A stretch of DNA of 64,000 nt from Acidimicrobiaceae bacterium (GTDB lineage Bacteria > Actinomycetota > Acidimicrobiia > Acidimicrobiales > Palsa-688), in the NCBI GenBank assembly GCA_003166025.1, contig PMWT01000073.1, positions 8,657 through 72,656 of the forward strand. The letters are read 5' to 3'. Of the stretch, positions 35,688 to 45,565 are shown in pieces. How positions within the stretch are numbered: position 1 is the first letter of the stretch; each line of letters starts with the position of its first letter. A program made the translations under genes and the position numbers. The notes under the pieces were generated by a model. That model was not told the origin of the DNA and did no database searches. It worked only from the letters and a program-made list of their open reading frames with translations.

Positions 35688-37121
35688 CTACAGCGCCCTG
35701 CGCAGTACCCACCGCTTGAAGCCGTTGTAGGGCGGGTAGACCAGCGGCACCTCACCGTGCGTGGGCCGGCGGAGGACGGACTTGGTGTGGCTGAAGGTAT
35801 CGAAGCCGGCCTTGCCGTGGTAGGCCCCCAGCCCGCTGGCACCCACGCCGCCGAAGGGTAGGCCCGGGACGCCCAGCTGGACGGCGTTGTGATTGGTGCA
35901 CACCGAACCCGACGAGGTACCGGCTATGACTTTTTCGACGAGGTTGTCGTCGTCCGAGTAGATGTAGAGGGCCAAAGGCTTGTCCCGTCGGTTCAGTTCG
36001 ACCAGAGCGTCGTCTATGTCGTCATAGGTGACAATGGGGAGGACAGGACCGAAGATCTCCTCCTGCATAAGCGGGTCGTCCCAGCTCACGTCGGCCACCA
36101 CCGTCGGAGCGAAGTAGCGGGACGGCCCGTCCCAGGTCCCGCCCACCACCACCCGGCCCTGCGTGGCCCTGACCAGGCCCACCAGCCTGTCCATATGGGC
36201 TTGGTTGACCACCCGGGCGAGGTCCGGGCTGGGCCCGGGGCCGTCGCCGTAAAACTTGGACAGCTGGCGCACCACCGCCTCGACCAGGGGGCGTTCGGCC
36301 GCCCGGGCGACAAGGGCATAGTCGGGGGCCACGCACGTCTGCCCGGCGTTGAGGAACTTCCCCCAGGTCAGGCGCCGGGCCACGACGTCCACATCTCTAG
36401 GAGAGCCGACGATGGCGGGGTTTTTTCCTCCGAGCTCGAGCGTTACCGGGGTCAGGTGCCGGGCCGCGGCCGTCATCACCAGACGGCCCACCCTCCCGCT
36501 CCCGGTAAAAAACACATGGTCCCAACGTTGCTCGAGCAGGCTCCGGGCTACGTCCGGGCCACCTTCGGCCACGCTCACGGCGGCATCGTCGAGGTAGGCG
36601 GGGAGCAACCTGGCCAGGACGGCCGACGTGGCCGGGGCCAGTTCCGAGGGCTTGACGGCGGCTGTGTTGCCCGCCGCCAAGGCGAAGGCGAGAGGAAGGA
36701 CCACGCAGCGGACTGGGTAGTTCCACGGCCCGATCACCAGGACGGCGCCAAGTGGCTCGGGCACGGTCTGCGCTCTTCCCGGCCATAGTGGCCATGGGAC
36801 AGGCACCGCCTGTGGCGCCGCCCAGCCATCGAGGTGGCGGGCAATGCCCTCGATGTCCCTGCGCACGGCGGCGACATCGGTCAACCAGGCCTCCAGTTCA
36901 GGTTTGCCCATGTCAGCCGCCATGGCGTCCGTGAGCGTCCCGGCATCGTGGCGCAGCATGAGCACCAGACGGTCGAGCTGCCGGCGGCGCCATTGGAGCG
37001 GGCGTGTCACGCCCGTGGCGAAGGTGGCCCGGAGCCGGTCGGCCAAGGCAAGTTGGGGAAGGGCAGCGCCGCTGAGTACCGGGCTGGTCATCAGGTACAT
37101 AGTGTGGCCCGCCCTGTCCAT
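35688..37121 (-). CDS. Aldehyde dehydrogenase, class-3-like
   Basis: ELGGKNP, FLNAGQTCVAPDY, EEIFGPVLP. I placed the start at ATG 37121, downstream of the XRE gene stop. Confidence 0.85.
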   Translation of the reverse strand: MDRAGHTMYLMTSPVLSGAALPQLALADRLRATFATGVTRPLQWRRRQLDRLVLMLRHDAGTLTDAMAADMGKPELEAWLTDVAAVRRDIEGIARHLDGWAAPQAVPVPWPLWPGRAQTVPEPLGAVLVIGPWNYPVRCVVLPLAFALAAGNTAAVKPSELAPATSAVLARLLPAYLDDAAVSVAEGGPDVARSLLEQRWDHVFFTGSGRVGRLVMTAAARHLTPVTLELGGKNPAIVGSPRDVDVVARRLTWGKFLNAGQTCVAPDYALVARAAERPLVEAVVRQLSKFYGDGPGPSPDLARVVNQAHMDRLVGLVRATQGRVVVGGTWDGPSRYFAPTVVADVSWDDPLMQEEIFGPVLPIVTYDDIDDALVELNRRDKPLALYIYSDDDNLVEKVIAGTSSGSVCTNHNAVQLGVPGLPFGGVGASGLGAYHGKAGFDTFSHTKSVLRRPTHGEVPLVYPPYNGFKRWVLRRAL

Positions 37122-37173
37122 GGTGCAACCGCCTTTTGGCCCGCCACCTCGGGGGTGGGCGGGCCGCACCGCG

Positions 37174-37683
37174 TTAGGTCCTGATGCCCAGCTCCTCGAT
37201 GCGGCTGCGCATGGCCTGTTCGTCCCGTTCAAAGACCCGGGCCAGTGCCCGTACGTCCTCGGCCCGGATGGTGATGAGGCGTCCGTTGAAGTCGCCCCGC
37301 TGGATCTGGATCATGCCTATATAGCGGCGCAGTACCTCCCGCTCGGGCGCGTCCAGGCGCTCGAGGCGGGAAAGGTCGATCGTTATCGGCCCTCCAGCGT
37401 GATTGGGCGTGGCCCGGCTTTCGGTGCCGTAGTCGGGGTCGGGTGACAACTTGGGGAGCAGCTGGTCTACAGGGACGCCGTACAGGCGAGCGAGGCGCTG
37501 CAAACGCAGGACCGAGATGATCCTCTCGCCGCGCTCGTAGGCCCCCAGGACGGAGGCCTTGAACTCCCGCTCGGACTGCTCTTCGACCGCTTGTAGTGAC
37601 AGACCCTGCTGGCGACGGATGTTCCGTAGCCGTTCGCCCACGTGACGGGCATATACAGGTGTCATCTCCTCCGTGACGCTCAT
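37174..37683 (-). CDS. XRE-family HTH transcriptional regulator with an uncharacterised C-terminal domain
   Basis: The HTH is GERLRNIRRQQGLSLQAVEEQSEREFKASVLGAYERGER. Candidate starts are ATG 37683 and ATG 37665. Confidence 0.7.
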   Translation of the reverse strand: MSVTEEMTPVYARHVGERLRNIRRQQGLSLQAVEEQSEREFKASVLGAYERGERIISVLRLQRLARLYGVPVDQLLPKLSPDPDYGTESRATPNHAGGPITIDLSRLERLDAPEREVLRRYIGMIQIQRGDFNGRLITIRAEDVRALARVFERDEQAMRSRIEELGIRT

Positions 37684-37814
37684 CGCTGTTGCTCCATTGG
37701 TCGGGGCTGTCTCCAGCTCGTTCGAACTGATAACACTAAGAGTAGCCAAAACTGGCTACGGAAAGTAGTAATACCTGTCCAAACAGGCCAGAACCGGCCA
37801 AACCGTCGGTCCGA

Positions 37815-39944
37815 TCAAGTCACGAACGACCGCTGCAACACCACGAAATGCTGGCCGAGCAGGGGCAATGGCTCACCGGCGGCGATGAGCGAGGGCTTGT
37901 AGACGGGCTTGTCGTCGGAGGTGTCGACGACCACCTGCCACGGGCCTCCCCATTTCGGGGCGGGGAGCCTGAAGGTGAGGGGCTTTTCCCAGGCGTTGAG
38001 CGCCAGGTAGAACGAGGCGTCAGGGGCGTGGCGGCCATGGCGGTCGGCGTCGGAGGGTGCCGAGCCGTTGGCCAGCACGGCGAGCGACTTGGCGTAGCCC
38101 ACCCGCCAGTCCTCGTCCGTCATGAGCTGCCCGTCGGGACGGAACCAGCCGATGTCCGCCGAGGCGGGGTCGATGTCCAGCTGGCGCAGGGACCGGCCCT
38201 GGAAGAAACGCCTGCGGCGGAAGACCGGATGGTCGTGCCGCAGCTTCAGCAGGGCCTGGGACCAGGCCAGCAGGTCGGTGTCGACGTTGGCCCAGTCGTA
38301 CCAGGAGAGCTCGTCGTCCTGGCAATACGCATTGTTGTTGCCCTCCTGCGTCCGCCCGAGCTCGTCGCCTCCCAGCAGCATGGGCACCCCGAGCGAAAGG
38401 GCCAGGGTCGTGAGGAAGTTCCGGACCTGGCGCTTGCGCAACGTGACTACGGCAGGGTCATCGGTCTGGCCCTCGACCCCGCAGTTCCAGGAGCGGTTGT
38501 CGTCGGTACCGTCTTTGTTCCCCTCACCGTTGGCCTCGTTGTGCTTGGCGTTGTAACTGACGAGGTCGGCGAGGGTGAAGCCGTCGTGGGCGGTGACGAA
38601 GTTGACGCTCGCCCAGGGGCGCCGGCCGGTGGCCTCGTAGAGGTCCGAGCTACCGGTCAGGCGGTGGGCCAGTTCTCCGATGGACGTGCTCTGCTGGCGC
38701 CAATAGTCCCGGACGTTGTCGCGGTAGCGGCCGTTCCATTCTGACCAGAGCACCGGGAAGTTGCCCACCTGGTACCCCCCCGTACCGAGGTCCCACGGCT
38801 CCGCGATGAGCTTGATCTGGCTGATCACCGGGTCCTGATGGATCAGGTCGAAGAAAGCGGAGAGCTTGTCGACCTCGTGGAACTGGCGGGCGAGACTGGC
38901 CGCGAGGTCGAAGCGGAAACCGTCCACGTGCATTTCCAGCACCCAGTAGCGCAGGGAGTCCATCATCAGCTGCAAGGTCTGGGGATTGCTCACATTGAGG
39001 GTGTTGCCGGTGCCCGTCGTGTCGTAGTAAAGGCGGGGGTCACCCGGGTTGAGGCGGTAATAGCTGGCGTTGTCGAGGCCGCGGAAGCTCAGGGTCGGCC
39101 CCAGGTGGTCGGACTCCGCCGTGTGGTTGTAGACGACGTCGAGGACCACCTCGATCTGGGCCGCGTGCAAAGCGCGCACCATGGCCTTGAACTCGTTGAC
39201 GACTCTTTGGACTCGGCGGGAGGCGTAGCCGTTGTGAGGGGCGAAGAAACCGATCGAGTTATAGCCCCAGTAGTTGCGTAGGCCTCTTTCCACCAGTTCG
39301 TGGTCGTCCACGAACTGGTGGACAGGCATCAGTTCGACGGCGGTGATGCCAAGGCGCTGGAAGTGCTCGATCATCTCGGGGTGCGCCACCCCGGCGTAGG
39401 TGCCCCGTTGGTGGGGCGGCACCTCGGGGTGACGCGCGGTGAGGCCACGCACGTGGGTCTCGTAAATCACCGTGTCGTGCCAGGGCGTCCGGGGACGGTG
39501 GTCGTCGGCCCAGTCGAAGGCCGTGTCCAGCACTATGGACTTGGGCATGGACGGGGCCGAATCGGTCTTGTCCAGGATGCGGTCGTCGCCGCTGGTCAGC
39601 GGGTAGCTGTAAACGGGCTGGCCCCAGTGCACTTCACCCGCTATCGCCCGGGCGTAGGGGTCGAGCAGGAGCTTGGCGTAATTGGCGCGCAGGCCCTGTG
39701 ACGGGTTGTAAGCCCCCCGGACGCGGTAGCCGTACAGCTGGCCGGGCTCGGCCTCTTCGAGGTAGCCGTGCCAGACATAAGCGTCCACCTCCGGCAGCTC
39801 GTAGCGGACCTCCTTGCCGGACGCGTCGAAAAGGCAGAGGTCCACCGATTCGGCGGCTTGCGAGTACACGGCGAAGTTGGTCCCCGAACCGTCCCAGGTC
39901 GCTCCGAGCGGGTACGGGTCGCCGGGGCTGATGGTCTCGGGCAT
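37815..39944 (-). CDS. glgX: Glycogen debranching enzyme
   Basis: 709 aa, GH13: YPLGATWDGSGTNFAVYS, GFRFDLA, EPWD, NFVTAHDGFTL. Confidence 0.92.
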   Translation of the reverse strand: MPETISPGDPYPLGATWDGSGTNFAVYSQAAESVDLCLFDASGKEVRYELPEVDAYVWHGYLEEAEPGQLYGYRVRGAYNPSQGLRANYAKLLLDPYARAIAGEVHWGQPVYSYPLTSGDDRILDKTDSAPSMPKSIVLDTAFDWADDHRPRTPWHDTVIYETHVRGLTARHPEVPPHQRGTYAGVAHPEMIEHFQRLGITAVELMPVHQFVDDHELVERGLRNYWGYNSIGFFAPHNGYASRRVQRVVNEFKAMVRALHAAQIEVVLDVVYNHTAESDHLGPTLSFRGLDNASYYRLNPGDPRLYYDTTGTGNTLNVSNPQTLQLMMDSLRYWVLEMHVDGFRFDLAASLARQFHEVDKLSAFFDLIHQDPVISQIKLIAEPWDLGTGGYQVGNFPVLWSEWNGRYRDNVRDYWRQQSTSIGELAHRLTGSSDLYEATGRRPWASVNFVTAHDGFTLADLVSYNAKHNEANGEGNKDGTDDNRSWNCGVEGQTDDPAVVTLRKRQVRNFLTTLALSLGVPMLLGGDELGRTQEGNNNAYCQDDELSWYDWANVDTDLLAWSQALLKLRHDHPVFRRRRFFQGRSLRQLDIDPASADIGWFRPDGQLMTDEDWRVGYAKSLAVLANGSAPSDADRHGRHAPDASFYLALNAWEKPLTFRLPAPKWGGPWQVVVDTSDDKPVYKPSLIAAGEPLPLLGQHFVVLQRSFVT

Positions 39945-39998
39945 GTGCGGCAGGCTACCTGGCGGTGGTCTCGCGCTACCAAGCCGCCGGGGCGCACC

Positions 39999-40041
39999 GG
40001 GCCCGCTCCCCGAGGCGGGCGCGGCCCGCTCCCCGAGGCGG
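39999..40041. repeat. 19-bp perfect direct repeat GGCCCGCTCCCCGAGGCGG x2 separated by 5 bp
   Basis: The copies are at 39999-40017 and 40023-40041, in the divergent region between glgX and the membrane-protein gene. Confidence 0.9.
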
Positions 40042-40064
40042 CGTGGCCTGGTTAAGCTGGCGCC

Positions 40065-42074
40065 GTGCTAGGCCGAACAAGCGTCTCCCGGCCGGCACCG
40101 GAGCAGATCAGCCCGTCGTTGTCATCGTCGCCCTCGCGAGCGGGCGCATCTTCGCCGTCACCGCCGCGACTGCCACGGTCGGTCGTCACTGTCCATGCCC
40201 TCACCCTGGTTTCGGCGTTCGCCGTATGGGCGTACCTTGACCGCAACCTGTGGTTCTTCGGCGACGAGTGGGACTTCCTCACCCGGCGCGGCCTCGACGG
40301 CGCTTACTTCAGCATTTGGGCGCCACATAACGAGCACTGGTCGGTCCTGCCCATATTGCTCTGGCGGGCCATCTATTCCCTCGAGCACCTCTCAACTTAC
40401 TGGGCCTACCTCATCCCACTGCTGCTCGTGCACGTGGCCGTTGTCCATCTCATCTGGCGCCGCTGCCTGCGGGAGGGGGCCGACGTCTGGCTGGCCACGG
40501 CCGTGGCCCTGCTGTTCGCACTGCTTGGTACGGGCGCCGAAAACCTGACGTGGGCCTTCCAGATCGGGTTCGTGTCGTCGTTGCTGTTCGGGTTCTTAGC
40601 CATGGAGGCTGCTGAAGGGCCTATGCGGGCCAGGGCGCCCCGGCTTACGGGCCCATGGGGACGCGACATGACGGCGGCGGCCCTGGCCCTGGCCGCGTTG
40701 ATGTGCTCGACCGTCGGGCTGGCGACCGCGCTGGCGCTCGGTGTGGTGGTCTTGTCACGTAGTGGCTGGAGGCGGACCGTCCGCACGCTGGCGGTGCCGC
40801 TCGGCGCCTTCGTCCTCTGGTTCGCCCTGGCTGGTCACACGGGGCTGAAGGACACCGGGGACACCGTCGACGCGTCCGTCTTCGCCAAAGCCCCCGAGTT
40901 CGTTGCCACCAATCTCTCCCAGGCCCTGGGCCACATCGCCGGTCGGGGCGCGTTGGGCGGCCCGCTGGCCCTCGTTGTGGCGGCCTGGCTGCTGTGGTGT
41001 TCGGTCAGCCTTTTCCGGCGCCATCCCGCCGCCCTGGGCGGGGCGGCCGGGGCGGTCCTGTTCTACCTGTTGGCGGCCGTCGGGCGTGACCGCATCAGTG
41101 CCACCGAGTCCCCCTCCCGCTATGCCTACGTCGGAGCGGCGCTTCTCATGCCCGCCCTCGCCCTTTTCATCTCGGCTGCCGTCTCGGCGCTGGCCCGCAG
41201 CCCGGCGGGGCCGCCACAGGCGTCGTCAAGGGGGGCAGCGGCCGCTGTCGCCCGGGTCGTGCTGGTGCTCCTGGTGGTGGCCGCCACCGCCGGCAACGTG
41301 GTCTCCGGGGCCCGCTTCGCCCGGAGCCGCACGATTTACGTCCGAGGTCTCGAGAACGAAATCGTCACGACCGGCGCCCTGCTCCAGTCGCATACGCAGT
41401 TGGCCCGGGCGATCAACACCTACCCCATCTGGGCGAGCGGCTTCGCGGCCGGGTACCTGACGCCGGGGTTGCTGGCCGACCTCTACCGTGAGCGACTACT
41501 GCCCCGGGCCCGGCCGGGGCTCATGACGACAGGTGAACTGTTGAACGACGAGTCTTGGCTGGACCTGACCGGAAAGGGTGGCCCGCTGTTCAAGGGGCGT
41601 TTCCAGCTCCTGGGCGTGGTCGGGCTGAGCGTGAGCCGGATCTCCGGCCTTCGGGGGCCCCACCGGTCCGTCCCGGGGGATTGGCCCACCGGCCCGGGCA
41701 ACTGCGTGTTCGTCACCTCGGCCGGTCGCTACCTCGCCCGCTCCTTCCCGTCCTCAGTTAGGTTTGGGCCGGCCGGCGCTGCTGTCCCCGCTACCTTCTG
41801 GGTGTCGCTGGGCGCCCCTGGAGGTCTGGTCCTCGTCTACCTGGCCCGACCCTGGGGGCTGGAGGGCCTGCCCGGCGGCACGGCCCTCGAGGGCCCCCAG
41901 GTGAGAGTGCCGTCCGGCGGCCACGTGTGGCTGAGCGACTCGGTCCCCGGGGAGGATTTGGTACTGCAACTGCCGGCGCGCTCGTCTGCCGAGCTCTGCG
42001 GGTTGTCGATGGCCGTCAGCCCTACCCTCCGAGGCGCTCAACCCCACCATAGGGAGGCGGCCACAATTACGTAG
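40065..42074 (+). CDS. Large polytopic membrane protein of unknown function with a C-terminal soluble domain
   Basis: The N-terminal ~430 aa contain many hydrophobic helices (WFFGDEWDFLTRRG, HWSVLPILLWRAIY), followed by ~200 aa that look soluble. The start is uncertain (GTG 40065 or later). Confidence 0.5.
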   Translation: MLGRTSVSRPAPEQISPSLSSSPSRAGASSPSPPRLPRSVVTVHALTLVSAFAVWAYLDRNLWFFGDEWDFLTRRGLDGAYFSIWAPHNEHWSVLPILLWRAIYSLEHLSTYWAYLIPLLLVHVAVVHLIWRRCLREGADVWLATAVALLFALLGTGAENLTWAFQIGFVSSLLFGFLAMEAAEGPMRARAPRLTGPWGRDMTAAALALAALMCSTVGLATALALGVVVLSRSGWRRTVRTLAVPLGAFVLWFALAGHTGLKDTGDTVDASVFAKAPEFVATNLSQALGHIAGRGALGGPLALVVAAWLLWCSVSLFRRHPAALGGAAGAVLFYLLAAVGRDRISATESPSRYAYVGAALLMPALALFISAAVSALARSPAGPPQASSRGAAAAVARVVLVLLVVAATAGNVVSGARFARSRTIYVRGLENEIVTTGALLQSHTQLARAINTYPIWASGFAAGYLTPGLLADLYRERLLPRARPGLMTTGELLNDESWLDLTGKGGPLFKGRFQLLGVVGLSVSRISGLRGPHRSVPGDWPTGPGNCVFVTSAGRYLARSFPSSVRFGPAGAAVPATFWVSLGAPGGLVLVYLARPWGLEGLPGGTALEGPQVRVPSGGHVWLSDSVPGEDLVLQLPARSSAELCGLSMAVSPTLRGAQPHHREAATIT

Positions 42075-43177
42075 AGCGCGATCAGGGCCACGCCTTCGAG
42101 CCACGAGTACTCGCCGTCGTACACCACGACGGCGACTACGACGACGGCGACGGCCAGGGCGACGACAAGGAGAGGCGGGAAGACCAGGGTGAGATGGGAC
42201 GGGCCGATCAAGGGGCTGACCAGTACGAGCACTGGTGTCAGCAACAGGGTGATCTGGAGAGGGCTGTTGAGGATGGTGCTGATGGCGTAGTCGGGGCGGG
42301 CCTTCCAAGCGAAGCGGATGCCTGCGGCGTTCTCGACGGCGTTGGACGCGAGCGCCACGATCACCAAGCCCGTGAACATGGGGGAGATGCCGAGGGACCG
42401 GGTCGCGGGCGTCAAGGCGGTGACGAACCAATCGGAAACCGCGCCCGAAGCCACGCCGGCGCCGGCCAGGAGGCCTACGGCCAGCCCGAAAGGCCATAGT
42501 GGGCGAGCCGCTGGAGCCGTCGACAACCACTTCGGGGCTTGCCGGGCGGGTGCCGCGTCGGGGGCCCCCGGCGCGGGCCGGGAGTCGGGGCTCATGTCCG
42601 GTCCGCCCCTCAACCAGAAAGGGATACTGATCACATAGACGGCTAGCAGGACGATGGCGGCGACGTCCGAAAGAGCGGCGGCGTGGTGAACAGCCGGGGT
42701 CTCGAGCCGTACGGCCAGCGTGGGGACCACGGTGGCGCCCACGGCCAGCGTGAGCAGCGTGACGAGCATCCGGGGGGCCTCGGGCCGGAACCTCTGCGTG
42801 CCGTGCCGCGCCCCTCCGCTCAGGAACGCTGCTCCCAGCACCAGCAGGACATTGCCCAGGACGGAACCCACCAACGCGGCCTGGACCACTGACGTGAGCC
42901 CCTTTCGCAGGGCGAAGATGGCCACCATGAGCTCGGGCAGGTTGCCGAGGCTGGACTGCAGGAGGCCGGTCGGGCCGGGACCGAGATGTTCACCGATCTG
43001 CTCGATCGCCTCGCCCACCAGGACCGCCAGCGCCGCCAGGGCGAGGCCGGCAACGACAAACCGGGCCACGTTGGGCGCGCCGGCACCGGCCATCGCCCCG
43101 GCCGCGGCGGTGAGGGCGGCCGCGGCGGCGATGGCCAGGCGTTGTTGCTTAGCGAGGGCGTTCACGGAGAGGGGCAT
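42038..43177 (-). CDS. chaA: Ca2+/H+ antiporter (CaCA/ChaA family)
   Basis: It has two alpha-repeat motifs (GNLPELMVAIFALRKG and ASNAVENAAGIRFAWK) and about 11 TM helices. The 3' end overlaps the convergent gene by 37 nt. Confidence 0.8.
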   Translation of the reverse strand: MPLSVNALAKQQRLAIAAAAALTAAAGAMAGAGAPNVARFVVAGLALAALAVLVGEAIEQIGEHLGPGPTGLLQSSLGNLPELMVAIFALRKGLTSVVQAALVGSVLGNVLLVLGAAFLSGGARHGTQRFRPEAPRMLVTLLTLAVGATVVPTLAVRLETPAVHHAAALSDVAAIVLLAVYVISIPFWLRGGPDMSPDSRPAPGAPDAAPARQAPKWLSTAPAARPLWPFGLAVGLLAGAGVASGAVSDWFVTALTPATRSLGISPMFTGLVIVALASNAVENAAGIRFAWKARPDYAISTILNSPLQITLLLTPVLVLVSPLIGPSHLTLVFPPLLVVALAVAVVVVAVVVYDGEYSWLEGVALIALYVIVAASLWWG

Positions 43178-43248
43178 GTCGTCGACCAGCGCCGACGTTA
43201 CAGCGGTGTTGCGGCAGGCTGTACAGTAAGTCCTTCGGTACAGCCCTG

Positions 43249-43320
43249 GGCGGCGTGGCCGAGTGGTTCAGGCAAGGGCCTGCAAAGCCCTCTACAGCGG
43301 TTCGATTCCGCTCGCCGCCT
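43249..43320 (+). tRNA. tRNA-Cys (anticodon GCA)
   Basis: I folded the cloverleaf by hand. The acceptor stem is GGCGGCG/CGCCGCC. The anticodon stem is AGGGC/GCCCT with loop CUGCAAA. The T arm is AGCGG-TTCGATT-CCGCT. The variable loop is 4 nt and the discriminator is U. CCA is not encoded. Confidence 0.9.
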
Positions 43321-43564
43321 CCCTGGTCAGAGGGCCTTTCCTCTCTGGAGGGGGACGGCCCATCCCGCGGGCTTCCCGCCCGGCTAGGCATTGGCCCACC
43401 CACTCACCAGGCAGACCAGATAAGCCCTGGTAAGGGCGGTGGGCGCAGGCGGACCACGGGCCCCCAGTTGGCAGCCAAGGGGCAGCCTCGGCGAGGCTGC
43501 ATTTGCCCTGGTGGGTAACGGCAGCCGGGGGCATGCCGAGCCCGAGCTCGTCCAAACAGTCCGC

Positions 43565-43613
43565 TTGCGCTCGGCCCTCGCCGCCATTAGCCTACACGTC
43601 ATATGGCATACCA
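43565..43613 (+). promoter_or_regulatory. Class A promoter-operator module: TTGCGC-N17-TAGCCT-N4-GTCATATGGCATACCA
   Basis: Read directly. It lies about 45 nt upstream of ATG 43659 and has a near-identical counterpart at 49783-49831. Confidence 0.6.
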
Positions 43614-43658
43614 TAGACAGGGCCTACTGGCGCCGGGGCTACGGGAAGGTTGACACCC

Positions 43659-44705
43659 ATGGGCCACCCGCTGCGGTTCGCCATCTTTGGCGCTGGGTTC
43701 TGGTCCCGGTTCCAGCTGGGGGCCTGGCGTGAGCTCGAGGGGGCCGAGTGTGTGGCGGTGTACAACCGGACTCGCTCGAAAGCCGAGGCCCTGGCCAGGG
43801 AGTTCGGCATCCCCGCCGTTTACGACGACCCAAAGGCTCTGCTGGCCAGTGAACGTCTTGACTTCGTCGACATCGTGACCGGTGTCGAGAGCCATGAGGA
43901 GCTGACCTGTCTGGCCGCCGCCGACGGGATAGCCGTGATCTGCCAGAAACCGATGGCACCCTCGGCAGCCGGCGCCGAGGCCATGGTGGCCGAGTGCCAC
44001 GCCGCGGGCGTGCCCCTGCTGGTCCACGAGAACTGGCGCTGGCAAGTCCCGATCAGATATGTGTCCCAGGTGCTCTCCGAGGGCACGATAGGCAAGCCCT
44101 TCCGGGCGCGGGTCGACATGATCTCAGGCCACCCGGTGTTCAAGAACCAACCGTTCTTGCGTGAGCTTGACCAGTTTATCCTGATGGATCTGGGAAGCCA
44201 CATCCTGGACGTGGGCCGGTTCCTGTTCGGTGAGCCCACAAGCGTGTATTGCCAGCACCGGCGGGTGCGCGATGATATCAAAGGCGAAAACGTGGCGACG
44301 GTAATGATGAATACCGAGCGTGATGTCACCGTGCTGTGCGAAATGGCTTATGCCGAGAACCACCTCGAGAGGGAGTGCTTCCCGCAAACGCTCATTTTTG
44401 TCGAGGGCGACCGGGGATCGGTCGAAGTAACGCCTGATTACTGGGTGCGGGTGACAACCGAGGCGGGCACGCTGGCCCGTCGTTGCCCGCCCCCGCGCTA
44501 CCCGTGGGCCGACCCCGGCCACGATATTGTCCACGCCAGCATCGTCCCGTGCCAAGCCAACCTCTTGGCTGCCTTGCGGGACGGCCAGCCGGCGGAAACC
44601 ACAGGTGATGACAATCTGAAGACAGTGCGGCTCGTTTTCGCCGCCTACGCCTCGGCCGGGCTCGACGCCGTGCTCAAGAAGGGCCCGGCCGGCCGGTGGC
44701 TGTGA
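43659..44705 (+). CDS. Gfo/Idh/MocA-family NAD(P)-dependent sugar oxidoreductase
   Basis: LRFAIFGAGFWSRF is the Rossmann motif, followed by ICQKPMA and ENWRW. ATG 43659 is preceded by GGGAAGG. Confidence 0.8.
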   Translation: MGHPLRFAIFGAGFWSRFQLGAWRELEGAECVAVYNRTRSKAEALAREFGIPAVYDDPKALLASERLDFVDIVTGVESHEELTCLAAADGIAVICQKPMAPSAAGAEAMVAECHAAGVPLLVHENWRWQVPIRYVSQVLSEGTIGKPFRARVDMISGHPVFKNQPFLRELDQFILMDLGSHILDVGRFLFGEPTSVYCQHRRVRDDIKGENVATVMMNTERDVTVLCEMAYAENHLERECFPQTLIFVEGDRGSVEVTPDYWVRVTTEAGTLARRCPPPRYPWADPGHDIVHASIVPCQANLLAALRDGQPAETTGDDNLKTVRLVFAAYASAGLDAVLKKGPAGRWL

Positions 44706-44733
44706 GGGAGCCAAAGCAGCGAGGAGGTCGCAA

Positions 44734-45525
44734 ATGGAGACGACAGGCACACTAGAACGTTTTTTCGGCTTGAAGGGTAAGACCGCGCTGGTGACCGGTG
44801 CCGGGGGCGGCCTGGGCTCGGCGCTGGCGGAGGGACTGGCGGGAGCGGGTGCCGCAGTGGCTCTTGCCGATCTACCCGGCTCAGCGGGCCTGCGTGAAGT
44901 GCACGCCCGGCTTGAGCAGGAGGGCTATGCCGTATCCACCGTGGAGGCCGACGTTTCCGACGTGCCGGCTGCGCCGTCGATGGTCCAGCAGGTCGTCGAC
45001 GACCATGGTTCGATCGACATTTTAGTCAATTGTGCCGGCATTAACCGCCGTGAGCCGATCCTTGAGGTCACGCCGGAGATTTTCGACCGGATTACCGGGG
45101 TCAACCTGCGCGGCTTATATTTTTTGAGCCAGGCGGCAGCCCGGGTAATGAAAGACAATGGAGGCGGGAAAATAATTAACATCGGCTCCCTGACTTCGAC
45201 CATCGCATTGTCGGAAGTCTCGGTCTACGGCTGCACCAAGTCGGCTGTGGCGCAGCTGACCAAGACCATGGCCGTCGAGTGGGCGCAATACAACATACAG
45301 GTCAACGCTATTGGACCTGGCTTCATGCGCACCGCTTTGTCGGTCCCGGTGTGGGACAACCCAGCTCGTCGTAGTTGGATGGAGGGCAGGATCCCCATGC
45401 GTAGAGGGGGGCAGCCGGACGAGCTCGTCGCTACAGCCATCCTTCTCGCCAGCCAGGCATCGTCGTACATAAGCGGGCAGATAATCTTCGTCGACGGGGG
45501 TTTCCTGTCAGGCAGCCCCTGGTAG
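44734..45525 (+). CDS. SDR oxidoreductase (gluconate 5-dehydrogenase / KduD-like)
   Basis: TGAGGGLG, NCAG, YGCTKSA, with a GAGGAGG RBS. Confidence 0.8.
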   Translation: METTGTLERFFGLKGKTALVTGAGGGLGSALAEGLAGAGAAVALADLPGSAGLREVHARLEQEGYAVSTVEADVSDVPAAPSMVQQVVDDHGSIDILVNCAGINRREPILEVTPEIFDRITGVNLRGLYFLSQAAARVMKDNGGGKIINIGSLTSTIALSEVSVYGCTKSAVAQLTKTMAVEWAQYNIQVNAIGPGFMRTALSVPVWDNPARRSWMEGRIPMRRGGQPDELVATAILLASQASSYISGQIIFVDGGFLSGSPW

Positions 45526-45565
45526 GACTGAGGTCGGCCCGCAGCCGTGCGGGCTGTCCGCCCGG

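Noticed and set aside
43321-43649. The region downstream of tRNA-Cys as an integrase att site or an sRNA.
   Set aside because: I could see no repeat of the tRNA 3' end, no integrase gene and no strong hairpin or terminator. Only the class A promoter-operator at its 3' end is supported.
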